A stretch of DNA of 64,000 nucleotides from Hypanus sabinus (Eukaryota), in NCBI RefSeq assembly GCF_030144855.1, contig NC_082729.1:33790001-33854000 (forward strand), in the 5' to 3' direction. This document shows, piece by piece, positions 12,111 to 25,918 of this stretch. How positions within the stretch are numbered: position 1 is the first letter of the stretch; the number at the start of each line of letters is the position of its first letter. The position numbers were made by a program, and so were the translations under genes. The notes beneath the pieces were generated by a model. It made no database searches. It had not been told where the DNA came from and saw only the letters and a program-made list of their open reading frames with translations.

Positions 12111-12808
12111 GACACCTCCTCCTCTGTAATCTGTACAGGTTCCATGAAGTTGATACCACTTTGCCTCACTTCCATAGACTCTGTATCCTTCTCCTGAGTA
12201 AATTCAAAGCAAAGAATCCATTGAAGATCTCCCCCATCAGTTTGGGATTCCAGAGGTTTTCACTCAGAAGCACATTGGGGGGGTGGGGTGCACAGAGTGG
12301 GGGGCCAGAAGAGCCTGTACCGTGCTGTATGTCAATAAATAAATAAAATCCTTCAACTCCAGTCGTATATACACACAGTCTGTCTCACCCCCTCCCACCC
12401 TCTCTCCCTCTTCCACCCCCTTCTCCCCCATTTCCTCCTACACTGACACCCTCTTCCCCGACTGTCTCCCCCCCCCGCCGTCTCTCTTCCCCCCACCCAT
12501 CTCACCCCTGTCCCTCTCTTCCATCCACCCTCACCTCTCTCCACCCCTCCCTCACACACTCACAGTGCTGGAGATCATGCTCAAACCCAGAGCTCTGTAT
12601 CTGTGATGCAGCATCTCTCCACTCTGATCTACTGCAGCTCTATCGCTGTGTACAGGGGAACAATATGTAGGGCAATGAGACTGCCCCAGGAGTCGGGATA
12701 AACTCGGTGGGCCACACGGTCATTGCTACACAACTGTTGACCCTTTGCTCTGTTTCGCCACCTTCCTTTGTCTGCCCTCCCAACATCCACCCAACCGCTC
12801 CACCACAG

Positions 12809-12920
12809 AGCCCGACGAGGAGATTATCGCTGAAGACTACGACGATGATCACATCGATTACGAAGCTACGCGGCTGGAGAATCTACCCCCCAACTGGTAC
12901 AAGGTCTTCGAGCCCAGCAG
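12809..12920 (+). CDS. PQBP1: PQBP1 coding exon 2 ([37 protein letters not shown]; start of WW domain)
   Basis: cacag| acceptor, AG|gtgagg donor, 112 nt, in phase; [11 protein letters not shown] and LPPxWYKVF motifs. Confidence 0.96.
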
Positions 12921-14654
12921 GTGAGGCTCACTCTGTGTTGACGTCTCCCCTCTACCTCACTCTCCCTCTCTCTCACCCCTCCCGTGTCTGTCTCTCCGCA
13001 CCTAACAAAGCCTCTCCATTCCCTATCCCTCTCCTTTCCCCAGCCATCCCCCTCCCCTTTCCCCAACTCTGCCTTCTGTGATACCCACCTCCGCTCTCAT
13101 GTTCCCGCTCTTCTCACTGTTGTTGTGCATTCACTGCGGAATACCTTGGAGGTGACACAGCAAGATGAGCAGCGGGTAGGGACACTGTCTCCCAGCTCCT
13201 AAAACGCAGGCTCGATGTGTGTTGTCTGTTACCTGTGACCTGTGGGTTTCCCCCTTCGCTCCCGTGCACAGTTGGACGTACGGGGTCAGGGGTTTTCCCC
13301 CAGTGTGCGGGTTGAGTGGCAAGAGATGGCGTGACGGTGATGGGCGACGGGGAGCGATTGGTCTGAGTACCTACACTGTGGACAGCAAGTGTAATGGAAA
13401 CAAATGAAGATAATTACAGGACATAAGACAGATCTGTCTCCAGTGCGAGGTGGTTCTCACCGAAAGAGATTAGTGGGATTTGGGGGAGCTTTGTAAAGCA
13501 GCAGTCAGACTGCATTTGGAGTAATCACAAAATGCTGGAGAAACTCAGCAGGCCAGGCAGCGTCTAGGAAAAGAGTACAGTCGATGTTTCAAGCCAAAAC
13601 CCTTTGGCAGGACTACACTTTGGAGGGTCATGAGCAGTTTTGGGCCCCATATGTAAGAGAGGATGTGCTGGCAATGGAGAGGGTCCAGAGGAGGTTCTCA
13701 AGATTATTCCTGGGAATGAATGGGTTAACGATCGAGCGTTGATGGCTCTGGGCCTGTGCTCATTGCAGTTCAGAAGAGTGAATTCATTGAAACCTATCAG
13801 ATATTGAAAGTGCTCAATAGAGTTGACAAGAAGGGTATGTTTCCTGCAGTGAGGGAGTCTAGGACCAGAGGGCACAGCCTCAGCGTAGAAAGACGTCCCT
13901 TTAGAACAGAAACGAGGAAGAATTTCTTTAGCCAGAAGCTGGTGAATCTGGAATTCATTGCCACAGGCAGCTGTGGAGGCCAAGTCATAAGGTGTATTTA
14001 AAATAAAGGTTGATTGCTTCCTAATTAGTCAGGGTGTAAAAGGTTATGAGGAGTATGGGGTTCAGAGGGATAATAAATCGGCCATGATGGAATGGCAGAG
14101 CAGACTCAATGGGCTGAATGGCCCCATTCTGCCCCTGTGTATAATGGTCTCTGTAACTGGGCGCTTTCCGAATGATACTGCTATTAAGCTGCTTCTGCCT
14201 GCCCTGAAATATCTCCAGTGGTGGGGGAGGTGGGTGTTGGGACGAAGAGAGCAACAGGGGAGGGGATTGGCTGCCCAGATTGAGGGGTAACTCGGTTCAG
14301 TCCACCTGCAAAGAAGTGCAATTGAATAGGAACAGCTTTAGTGGACGGTAGGGTGGGGGCTGCGGAGGGAAGAAGTGAGAATATCCGGGAGGGGTGTGGG
14401 AAGTACGGAGAGTTGGCATTGGAAGGAGGCGAGAGTTGTGGGGGGACGGGGAGGTGAGGGATGAAGTGTTGGGAGAGGAGGAAGAGACAAAGAGAAGGGA
14501 GCAGAGGGACATGCAGATGGAGGGTCGTGGAGGGGGGTGCATGGAAGGCCAGAAAGGGGGAGGAAACTAAGGGAAGGGGGAGGGGAGACTAGAGGGTCAG
14601 GGAGGGGGAAGAGGAGACTGGAGAGTCAGGGGTTTACTGTGGAAGGTCAGGGAA

Positions 14655-17600
14655 ACATAGAAATATAGAAAATAGGTGCAGGAGTGGGCCATTCGGCCCT
14701 TCAAGCCTGCAACGCCATTCAGTATGATCATGGCTGATCATCCAACTCAGAACCCTGTACCTGCTTTCTCTCCATACCCCCGATCTCTTTAGCCACAAGG
14801 GCCATATCTAACTTCCTCTTAAATATAGCCAATGAATCGGCCTCAACTGTTTCCTGTGACAGAGAATTACACAGATTCACCACTCTCTGTGTGAAGAAGT
14901 TTTTCCTCATCTCGGTCTTAAAAGGCTTTCCCTTTATCCTTAAACTGTGACCCCTCGTTCTGGACTTCCCCAACATCAGAAACAATCTTCCTGCATCTAG
15001 CCTGTCCAATCCCTTTAGAATTTTATACGTTTCAATAAGATCCCCCCTCAATCTTATTCCAGTGAGTATAAGCCTAGTCGATCCAGTCTTTCTTCATAAT
15101 AAAGTCCTGCCATCCCAGGAATCAATCTGGTGAACCTTCTCTGTACTCCCTCTATGGCAAGAATGTCTTTCCTCAGATTAGGGGACCAAAACTGCACACA
15201 ATATTGTAGGTGCAGTCTCACCAAGGCCTCGTACAACTGCAGTAGAACCTCCCTGCTGCTGTACTCAAAACCTTTTGCTATGAATGCCAACATACCATTT
15301 GCCTTTTTCACCGCCTGCTGTACCTGCATGCCCACCTTCAATGACTGGTGTACAATGACACCCAGGTCTCGTTGCACTTCCCCTTTTCCAAATCGACTAC
15401 TGTTCAGATAATAATCTGTTTTCCTGTTCTTGCGACCAAAGTAGATAACCTCACATTTATCCACATTAAATTGCATCTGCCATGAATTTGCCCACTCACC
15501 TAACCTATCCAAATCACCCTGCATCCTCCTCACAGCTAACACCGCCGCCCAGCTTCGTGTCATCCGCAAACTTGGAGATGCTGCATTTAATTCCCTCATC
15601 TAAATCATTAATATATATTGTAAACAACTGGGGTCCCAGCACTGTGCCTTGCGGTACCCTCTAGTCACTGCCTGCCATTCTGAAAAGGTCCCATTTACTC
15701 TCATTGTTTGCTTCCTGTCTGCCAACCAATTCTCTATTCACATCAATACCATACCCCCAATACCGTGTGCTTTAAGTTTACACACTAATCTCCTGTGTGG
15801 GACCTTGACAAAAGCCTTTTGAAAATCTGAATATACCACATCCACTGGCTCTCCCCATTCCACTCTATTAGTTACATCTTCAAAAAATTCTATAAGATTC
15901 GTCAGACAAATCCATGCTGACTTCTCAAATCCATGCTGACTTTGTCCGATGATTTCACCTCTTTCCAAATGTGCAGTTATCACATCTTTGATAACCGACT
16001 CTAGCATTTTCCCCACCACCGATGTCAGACTAACCGGTCTATAATTCCCCGGTTTCTCTCTCTCTCCTTTTTTAAAAAGTGGGGTTACATTAGCCACCCT
16101 CCAATCCTCAGGAACTAATCCAGAATCTAAGGAGTTTTGAAAAATTATCACTAATGCATCCACTATTTCTTTGGCTACTTCCTTAAGCACTCTGGGATGC
16201 AGACCATCTGGCCCTGGGGATTTATCTGCCTTTAATCCCTTCAATTTACCTAACACCACTTTCCCTACTAACATGTATTTCCCTCAGTTCCTCCATCTCA
16301 CTAGACCTTCGGTCCCTTACTATTATTTATGTCCTCCTTAATGAAGACAGAACCAAAGTAGTTATTCAATTGGTCTGCCATGTCTTTGTTCCCTATGATC
16401 AATTCACCTGTTTCTGACTGTAAAGGACCTACATTTGTCTTAACCAATCTTTTTCTTTTCACGTGTCTATAAAAGCTTTTACAGTCAGTGTTTATGTTCC
16501 CTGCCAGCTTTCTCTCATAAACTTTTTTCCCTTTCCTAATTAAGCCCTTTGTCCTCTGCTGGTCTCTGAATTTCTCCCAGTCCTCAGGTGTGCCGCTTTT
16601 TTTTGCTAATTTATATGTTTCTTCTTTGGACTTGATACTATCCCTAATTTCCCATGTCAGCCACAGGTGCACTACCTTTCCTGGTTTATTCTTTTGTCAA
16701 ACTGGGATGAACAATTGTTGTAGTTCATCCATGCGATCTTTAAATGCTTGCCATTGCATATCCATTGTCAACCCTTTAAGTATCATTTGCCAGTCTATCT
16801 TAGCTAATTCACGTCTCATACCTTCAAAGTTACCCTTCTTTAAGTTCAGAACCTTTGTTTCTGAATTAACTATGTCACTCTCCATTTTAATGAAGAATTC
16901 CACCATATTATGGACACTCTTTCCCAAGGGGCCTCGCACAACAAGATTGCTAACTAACCCTTCCTCATTGCTCAATACCCAATCTAGAAAGGCCTGCTCT
17001 CTAGTTGGTTCCTCGACATGTTGGTTCAGAAAACCATCCCGCATACATTCCAAGAATCCTCTTCCTCAGCACCCTTACCAATTTGGTTCACCCAATCTAT
17101 ATGTAGATTGAAGTCACCCATTATAACTACTGTTCCTTTATTGCACGCATTTCTAATTTCCTGTTTAATGCTATCCCCAACCTCACTACTACTGTTAGGT
17201 GGCCTGTACACAACTCCCACCAGCGTTTTCAGCCCCTTAGTGTTATGCAGCTCCACCCATATCGATTCCACATCCTCCAGGCTAATGTCCTTCCTTTCTA
17301 TTGCGTTAATCTCCTCTCTAACCAACAACGCTACCCCACCTCCTTTTCTTTCTTGTCTATCCCTCCTGAATATTGAATATCCCTGGATGTGGAGCTCCCA
17401 TCCTTGGTCACCCTGGAGCCATGTCTCTGTGATCCCAACTATATCATATTCATAACTATCTGCACATTCAATTCATCCACCTTGTTACGGATGCTCCTCG
17501 CATTGACACACAAAGCCTTCAGGCTTGTTTTTACAACTCTCTTAGCCCTTATACAATTATGTTGAAAAGTGGCTCTTTTTGCTTTTTGCCCTGGATTTGC

Positions 17601-17975
17601 CTGCCTGCCACTTTTACTTTTCACCTTACTTCTTCTTGCTTCTACCCTCATTTTACACCCCTCTGTCTCTCTGCACTTGTTCCCATCTCCCTGCCACATT
17701 AGTTTAAAGCCTCCTGAACAGCAGTAGCAAACGCTCCCCCTAGGACATTGGTTCCAGTCCAGCCCAGGTGCAGACCTTCCTGTTTATACCGGTCCCACCT
17801 CCCCCAGAACTGGTTCCAATACCCCAGAAATTTGAATCCCTCCCCCTTGCACCATTTTTCAAGCCATGTATTCAACTGAAATATCCTCCTATTGCTACTC
17901 TGACTAGCATGTGGCACTGGTAGTAATCCAGAGATTATTACCTTTGTGGTCCTACTTTTTAGTTTATCTCCTAAC
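14655..17975 (-). mobile_element. CR1 LINE, near-complete ORF2 plus end of ORF1 (SGNH esterase), degenerate
   Basis: ORF1 end NTWLEKWC...EGLHL; NARSIRNK, GDFNLH, KSPGPDGLHP, DFQKAF, MRGDLIETYKI motifs; CR1 3' tail (ttctat)n at ~14655. Confidence 0.94.
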
Positions 17976-18283
17976 CCCCTAAGGGGAAGGGGAAACTAGG
18001 ATCAGGGAGGGGGAGGAAACTGGAATGTTGGGGAGGGGGAGTTTGTGGCTGATCAGGGAGGGCAGGGGGGAGACTGGAGGGTGAGGAAGGGGAGGAAACT
18101 GGAAGGTCAGGGAGAGGGCAGAAACTGGAGGTTCAGTGGGGGGGGCAGAGGAGACCGGAGGGTCAGGGAGAGGGGGAGAGACTGTACAGGGTCAGGGAGT
18201 TGGGACAGATCGCGTAGGGTTGGGGAATGGGGAGGAGGGGATGGGCAAAACGACAGGCAGTAACTCTGGCCCCTTGCCCCCAG

Positions 18284-18384
18284 CGGCCTGCCCTACTACT
18301 GGAACATCGAGACCGACCTGGTGTCCTGGTTGTCTCCCACTGACGCGGCTGCTGTCATCACCAAGTCCGCCAAGAAGCTGAAAG
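18284..18384 (+). CDS. PQBP1: PQBP1 coding exon 3 ([33 protein letters not shown]; rest of WW domain)
   Basis: cccccag| acceptor, AAAG|gtgatt donor, 101 nt; WW signature YYWN...SWLSP. Confidence 0.96.
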
Positions 18385-18664
18385 GTGATTGGTCCGCCAC
18401 CTGACGAGTACCCTGTTGTCCCGCCCCTCGTGCCCCCCTCGGCCCAGTTCCCGGTCACACCAGGCAACGACCCCACATTACTCAGCTCTCAGCCATATGG
18501 TCGGGGTGGGGGGGGGGGGGGGGTGGTTCTTCCCATTGGCCCCGCCCATCTCGTGTCTCCTCCTCATCAGCACCACCCACTCCTGGGCTCCTACAACCCC
18601 TCAGCTCCGCCCGCCGCTGGGCTCCCCCCACCCTTGGGGCTTCTCCCCTGGCCCTGCCCATTAA

Positions 18665-19125
18665 AGGCTGATTTATACTTGTACGTTGCATCTACGGCGT
18701 AGGTAACGTGTACCCTATGCCATACCCTACGCTGTAGGGTGACGTGCACCTCTCTAGAAAACTCACTCATGCCTCGCGGCGACGCAACACGCTACAACTG
18801 TGATTGGCCTGCTCGGTAGCATCACATTTCCTCTTACACATTTCCGGTTGCTTCTTCCCCGCCATGTCTGTAGGCTGTGCATACACCAATAGATGAACCA
18901 AATTGTCAAATCTACCTGCCGACATGCAAAAATGTTTGAAATACATTTCCTCGTCCGTGTCTCTCACAAAGAAACTCAACACAGTGGCACAGAAACCCCA
19001 CCAGCAACTAGCGTTTCGGCACTCACCAACGCATGCTTGCTACAACGTAGAGCGACGCAGAAGTGAAAATCAGGGTTTTGGCATAGGCTGTAGCGTTGCC
19101 CGTACACACAAGTATGAATCAGCCT
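18665..19125 (-). mobile_element. PIF/Harbinger-derived non-autonomous element; related copy at ~62583-62830
   Basis: TIRs aggctgatttatacttgt / acaagtatgaatcagcct, TAA on the left flank; internal peptide EEMYFKHFCMSAGRFDNLVHLL resembles the Harbinger transposase N-terminus. Confidence 0.72.
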
Positions 19126-19319
19126 GAAGCCTCCTTTCCTTTCCTTCTGGTCCCATCAGACAGTTCAGTCCCCTCTAGGATTTGCCCGACTTGCCTCTAC
19201 TCACCACGGGGTTCCTTCCACCCTCGCCCCTTTGTCCGCACCTTTTTGAGGTCTCCTCATGCCTCGGTGCTCCTCACCTACGTCGCTGCTGTCTGACGCC
19301 CCCATCCCGTGTCGTACAG

Positions 19320-19427
19320 AGCAGGAGGACGCACCGGAGCGGTTTGACCGGAACGAGCGAGAGGAGCCGAGGGAGAAGTGGCACTCCCGGAGGGAGGAAG
19401 GACATCGCCACAGCCGCAGCAAGAAGG
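19320..19427 (+). CDS. PQBP1: PQBP1 coding exon 4 (short polar-rich region/NLS: EQEDAPERFDRNEREEPREKWHSRREEGHRHSRSKK)
   Basis: gtacag| acceptor, AAGG|gtgagc donor, 108 nt, phase 1-1; R/E/D-rich and ends in SKK as the human exon does. Confidence 0.85.
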
Positions 19428-20341
19428 GTGAGCTCCCTCGGAGGGGTTGGGGGGGGGGGCGGATTTTGGGGAGATGTTCCCAGAAGCAGGATGGAGCCCC
19501 AAGAGACTTACCCTTGGAACGGGGAAGGGTGGAGTGAAGTATGTTCCAGGAAGGAGAGGGAAAGGCTTTTGGGGAGAGCAAGAGCGAAGGCTGAGGCTTT
19601 ATAAGGCACTGGTGAGGCCTCGGAGTATTGTGAGCAGGTTTGGGCCCCTTATCTAAAAGGATGTGCTGACGTTGGAGAGGGTCCAGAGGAGGTCCATCAG
19701 AATGAGTTCAGGAATGAAAGGGTTAACATACGAGGAGCGTTTGATGGCTCCGGGCCCATACGTGATGGAATTTAGAAAGAACGAGGGGGATCTCATTTCA
19801 ACCTATCAAAAGTTGAAAGGCCAAGATAGAGTGGACGTGGAGAGGATGTTTCCTGTGGTGGGGGAGTCGGGGACCAGAAGAAGCTCTGGAATTTGTTGCC
19901 ACAGATGGATCTGGAGGCCGGGTCATTGGGTATGTTTAAAGCAGAGGTTGCTAGATTATTGATTAGTCAGGGTGTGAAAGGCTACAGGAAGAAGACGAGA
20001 TTGGGGTTGAGTGGATCAGCCATGATGAAATGGCGGGGCAGACTTGATGGGCTGAATGGCCTGATTCTGATTCTCTGTCTTATGGTCCCAGGGAGTGGGG
20101 CAGGTTGAGGAGTGTTCCCAGTGAGAATGTTAGGGAGAGGCAGACCAGTGGTGGATGGGTGAAGAGGTTCAATAGGATGTTGAGGTGGGCTGCCCCAGGA
20201 GGGACAGTGGTCCTGGAGAAAGGAAGGAGTCTCCATGGGAGTGGTGAAGGTGTCCGGCGATGGGCAGAGCGAGAGGCGAAGGGGAGGGCAAACCCAGACA
20301 CGGTCACAGAATACACAGGTTTCCCCCGCTCTCTGAAAGTA

Positions 20342-20800
20342 TAGCAGTCCTGTGAAACCTTTCGTAGGTCAAAATGTCGTAAAGCGACGAAACAGTTACC
20401 GTTAATTTATATGGGAAAAATCTTTGATCGTTCCCAGACCCAAAAAATAACCTACCAAATCATACCAAATAACACATAAAACTTAAAATAACACTAACGT
20501 ATGGTAAAAACAGAAATGGTATGATAGATACACAGCCTAAATAAAGTAGAAATAATGCGTATGCAGTGTAGTTTCACTTACCAGAATCGGGAAGATTCAG
20601 CAAAAGCCGAATTGTGAAAAAAAAATCACGCACACCTGCCCGCGCAAGGCTTCACAGTCATGGCAGTCTTTCTCGGGGTAAACGCAAGTTTGAAACAGGC
20701 ACCTTTTCTCATAAAAGCGAAAATCCTCTTCAGATTTCTTTCGGTCAGCGAAAACAGGTACTAATGTATGTCTTTCATAAAAGCAAAGTGGCATAAAACA
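20342..20800. mobile_element. TcMar-Tigger-like non-autonomous DNA transposon relic
   Basis: AT-rich insert in a GC-rich intron with repeated ttcgta.../cgtaaagcg.../cataaaagcgaaa subterminal motifs; assignment by pattern recognition only. Confidence 0.45.
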
Positions 20801-20919
20801 AACGTATGTGGTGTGGTGTGCTGTGCCTGGTGGGGTGGATAAGGATTACAGCCGGTGGGGGGAGGGGGGCGAGGTTGAGGGCTTGGATACTGAAGACTCA
20901 CTTCCATCACCCTCCGCAG

Positions 20920-20983
20920 GGAGAGATCGGAAGGAGGACAGTGTGGATCCTATGGACCCCAGTGCCTACTCCGACGCTCCTCG
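20920..20983 (+). CDS. PQBP1: PQBP1 coding exon 5 (GRDRKEDSVDPMDPSAYSDAPR)
   Basis: ccgcag| acceptor, CG|gtgagt donor, 64 nt; DPMDPSxYSDAPR motif. Confidence 0.96.
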
Positions 20984-21164
20984 GTGAGTGTGAGACTACT
21001 TCCTCCATACTGAAATCCCAATCCACGCTCCCTCCACCACTACCCAATACCACTCCCCCTCTCACACCGTGCCCCTTTCCCCCCTCACACCATGGCTCCT
21101 CTCCCCCTGCGGTCCCTCTGCCCCTCTCGTCCCCCCACCCCACACTGCCCTCTAATCCACCTAG

Positions 21165-21413
<249 letters not shown>

Positions 21414-21830
21414 GGGGTGTCCCCATGCTCGGGTTCATTGGGGGTGGTGGCTGACGGGGAAGGAGAGGGTTATGTACTGGGCTGGGTTTATTCTTGGGAG
21501 TGGAGCCTCTGTCTCTCCTTTCTCTCCCTCTACCCTGTCTCTGTCTCCATGTCCCACCACTCTTCCTATATTGCTCACTCTCCTCCTCCTCTGCCCATTC
21601 CCTCTCTCCATTTCATTTTCTGTTTATCTCCCTCTCTCCCACACCTCCCCTACCAATAACCACTCAGAGGCTGCTGCTCAGGGAGTGGTGGGGGGAGAAT
21701 GGGCTATCTATAAGATAGAGCTGTTTCTCTGCTGCCAGAGCTGCTGGGATAGCTTTGGCTCCATTATTCCGTTACTCAGTGAGCATTTGGATGCTGTTGC
21801 TCGCAGTTTTGTGGTTGTGGGGAAAGACAC

Positions 21831-21836
21831 ATTAAA
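21831..21836 (+). terminator. Probable PQBP1 polyadenylation signal (ATTAAA)
   Basis: ATTAAA ~420 nt after the stop, followed by a GU/U-rich tract (tgttatttgttc). Confidence 0.5.
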
Positions 21837-21959
21837 AATGATTTTGATGCCACGCAGCTGTTATTTGTTCACTTGGGGGATTTCTGGGGGAAGGAAAAGA
21901 GAGGGAACAGGGAAGGGGAAAGGGTGAGGTACAGTCCTGTGCTAAAGACTTGGGTACAT

Positions 21960-23370
21960 ACTGCAGCAAGAAGAAGTTTGTGCAGTTGCCTGGTTTTCTG
22001 AATTAATTAGTCATAAAATGTGGTCTGATCTTCATCTAAGTCACAATAATCGACAAACACAATCTGCCTAAAATAATAACATGCAAACAGTTGTACTTCT
22101 CGTCAATACTGAATGCACCATTTGAACAATCACAGTCTAGGTTCAAAAGCAAATGTGAAATTCTGGAGTAACGCCTTCTACAAAAGTTATCTGGAGTCAG
22201 GTGTTCCAATCAATGAGGAGATCGGAGGTGTGGATTGTAGAGGTGCCCTGCCCTATAAAAAGACACACAAAGTCAGGCTACTGACAGAGCCTGCTATTCT
22301 CAAGAAAGATCTGTTAATGTGCACCATGCCTCGATCAAAATGACTGTCAGAGGACCTTGAAAGAAGTATTGTAGAGATGCACAAAGCTGGAAAAAGCATT
22401 TCTAAAGACCTGAGTGTTCATCAGTCCACAGTAAGAGAAATTGTCTACAAATGGAGGAAAGTCAGTACTGTTGCTACTCTCCCGAGGAGCAGGCATCCTG
22501 CAAAGATCACACCGAGAGCACAGCGTGCAATGCTGAAGGAGGTGGAAAAGAACCCAAGGGTAACAGCAACAGATATGTAGGTACCTCTAGAACTTGCTGA
22601 GGTCTCTGTTCATAAGTCTTTTCTAAGAAATACACTGAATAAGAATAGTGTTCGTGGAACGACACCACAGGTGAAACCTCTGCTCTCCAAAACAAAAAAT
22701 CATCTGCACATCTCCAGTTTGCAAAAGACTACCTGGGTGTTCCATAACGCTTCTGGGACAATGTTCTGTAGGAGATGAGACAAAAGTTGAACCTTGTGGC
22801 AGGAATGCACACCAGTATGTTTGGAGGGAAAAGGGCATTGCACGCCAACACCAAAACCACATCCCAACTGTGAAGCATCGTGGTTTGGGGCTGCCTTGCT
22901 GTCTCAGGGCCTGGACAGCTTGCACATGTCGTGGGAACAGTGAATTCAAATTGTATCAAGGCTTTTTACAGGAGAATGTCAGGGTGGCGGTCCGTCACCT
23001 GAAGCCTAATAGAAGTTGGATGATGCATCTCGGCAATGATCCGAAAGACGAGAGTAAATCCACAACAGAAAAAGAAGAAATTTCTTGTTTTCGAATGGCC
23101 ATCAGAGTACAGACCTTAACCGAATTGCATTGCTGTGGTATGGCCTGAAGAGGGCTGTTCATGCAAGGTATCACAGAAATATTGATGAACTGAACCTCAC
23201 TGTTGTGCAAGTTTGATCAGCAGCTACAGGAAACGTTTGGTTATTGCTGGTAAAGGAGGTACCACCAGATATTAAATACGAAGGTTCTCATTCTTTTTCC
23301 AGCCTGGACTGTGAATGATTAAACAATGTGTTCAATAAAGACATGAAAAGTACAATTGTTTGTGTGTTTT
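21960..23370 (+). mobile_element. Degenerate Tc1-like DNA transposon
   Basis: Transposase fragments MPRSK..., HKAGK..SKDLSVHQSTVREIVYKWRK..LPRS.HPAKIT, WDNVL..DETKVE, PTVKH, DPK; long inverted terminal sequences (~22075-22140 vs ~23300-23368). Confidence 0.88.
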
Positions 23371-25394
23371 GACTGAAGGTCTTAGCATGAAATGTTGACT
23401 GTTTAGTAATTTCCATAGATGCTGCCTGACCTGCTGGGTTCTTCCAACATTTTGTGTGCATTGCTTTGGATTTCCAGCATCTGCAGATTTTCTCATGTTT
23501 ATAGCAAGAACACTGATTTCTCAACCTTAAAGTAATTTCTCCCTCCTCTCTTTTTCCATTCCCCATTCTGGCTCTGTTCTTATCCCTCCTCTTCTCCTCA
23601 CCTGCCCATCACCTCCCTCTGACGCCTCTCCTCCTTCCCTTTCTCCCTTGGTCCACTCTTCTCTCCTATCACATTCCTCCTTCTTCAGCCCTTATCCCTT
23701 TTCCACCAACCAAATCCCAGCTTCTCACTTCATCTCCACCTCTGCCATCCACCCACCTTTCCCCTCACCTGGCTTCACTTACCACCTTTCAGCTTCCCCT
23801 CACCCGTCTTCTTATTCGGGTGTCTCCTGTCTTCATTTCCAGTCTTGAAGAAGGGTCTTGGCCCCAAACATCAGCGCTTTCTTCTCTCCATAGCTGCTAC
23901 CTGACCTGCTGAATTCCTCCCAACATTTTGTGTGTGCTGCTATAGATTAATAGCATCTGCAGAATCTCTTGTGCTTGTGTTGTTTGTGTCTATGACCACA
24001 CCAAGATGTGTGTGGGTGGCATGCCTTTGGACTGTGGGAGGAAACTGGAGCACCTGGAAGAAATCCACATGGTCATGGGGAGAACATACAAACTCCTTGC
24101 AGACACCAGTGGGAGTTGATCCTTGATCTTACTGCTTGCACGCTGCTGTGTTACGTTACTGTGTCACCCAGTGGGAGAGCACGGCCTCAGAATAAAGCAA
24201 AGTCCCTTTATTGACAAATTGGTTTATTAATGACACAAAGCACAGTGAGATTTCGATTGGCCTCATGATCAGTGAGGGTCTGATTTGCTCTCCACTGCTC
24301 TGAAGGCTCTGATTAGTCCTCTTTTGCTTTGTGAGGCTCTGATTGGCCCTTTTTTGGTCTGTGAGGCTTTGTTTGGCACTCCATTGCTCTAAAGTGCCTG
24401 ATTTGATCTCTGTAGGTCTGTGAAATTCTGACTGGCAGTCTGCTGGTCTCTGAGGCGATAGTTAACCCTCCACCTGTGAAGAGTTTGTGTGGCCCCACAT
24501 TTTTCATTGAGTTCCTTTTTAGGAAGGATGAGAGAGGAAAGAGGTAGGGAGTTGGAGCAAGGGGAATAATATCCATTGTGGCCATTCCACCCATCATGTG
24601 TATGGCAGCTCACAGGGCAATCCTGTTTCCCAGCAGTGTCACTGTAACAGATCACCTCACCAAGTTCACGCTGACTTGGCCATTTGGATCCAATGTAAGG
24701 GGAATGTTTACAGTAGATGACATGCTTCTTAATAGTACTAATCTATGGTCCAAGCCCATACTTCTCTGAGAGTTGGTAAGGTAGTAAAGGCAGCTTACAG
24801 CACACTTGTCCTCGTCAGTCGCCATGCTGAGCTTCAGAGTGGAGAGGCAGCTGCGTACAGCAATGGTGATTCAGGATTATTTATTGTGCTTTTTCGGTAC
24901 AGGAGTGTAAAGGAGAAGGAAATGATTGTTACTCCGGATCTGATGCAAGGTCAGAAAACACACATTGAGTATAAAGAACACAATAAATATCAATATTAAA
25001 GTAATTCTATAAAACACAGTGTACCGGTAACTGCTATATACATAGTGGGGGTGGGTGGTTGAGGTACAGTACTGTGCAGAAGGCTTAGGCGCATATATTT
25101 AACTAGGCTGCCTAAGACTTCTCCACAGAGCTGTCGTAATTTGACTTTCCAGTTACCGAATAACACTTAATGCTACTGAGGTAATACAAAGCTGAGTACT
25201 CTTATTTCTGTTTCCCAATCACCTTTGTGTTTTAACCAATATACAGAATTGTACAAAATACTTAGACACCCAAGCTATATATACTTTCCTAATTCCTGTT
25301 TATCAACTAGTATTTACGGTCATGTGCACAAGTACACATCCAATGGAAGAGCTTGTACCAGCAGTGTCACAGACACATTTGGCAGGGTATAACC

Positions 25395-25918
25395 TCTCGG
25401 TGGCCACTTTATTAACTACACTTGTGCGCCTGCTCGTTACTGAAAATATCTGATCAGCCAATCATGTAGCAGCATCTCAATGCATAAAAGCATGCCGACG
25501 TGGTCTAGAGGTTCAGACCAAACATCAGAACGGGGAAATGTGATTTAAGTGACTTTGACCGTGGAATGATTGTTGGTGGCAGACGGGGTGGTTTGAGTAT
25601 CTCAGAAACTCCTGGGATTTTCACAGACAGAGTTTCTACAGTTTACTGAGAATGGCTCAAAAAAAACATTCAGTGAGTTCTGTGGGTAAGAATGCCTTGT
25701 TATTGAGGGAGGTCTGAGGAGAATGGCCAGATTGGTTCAAGCTGACCAGTAACTCAAATAACCACACGTTGCAACAGTGGTGTGCAGAAGAGCGTCTCTG
25801 AATGCACAGCTTGTCGACCCTTGAAATGGATGGGCTACAGCACCAGAATACCACAAACATACACTCAGAGGCCACTTTATAGGTATAGGAAGTACCCAAT
25901 AAATTGGCCACTGGGTGT
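25395..25918. mobile_element. Tc1/mariner-type non-autonomous element; a second copy lies at ~33905-34380 in the opposite orientation
   Basis: TIR gtggccactttatt...aataaattggccactgggtgta; internal homology (gtgactttgaccgtggaatg) shared with the 34.2-kb copy. Confidence 0.7.

Noticed and set aside
9925-17917. RT/endonuclease ORFs as host genes or active elements
   Set aside because: Frameshifted, truncated CR1 copies inside PQBP1 introns
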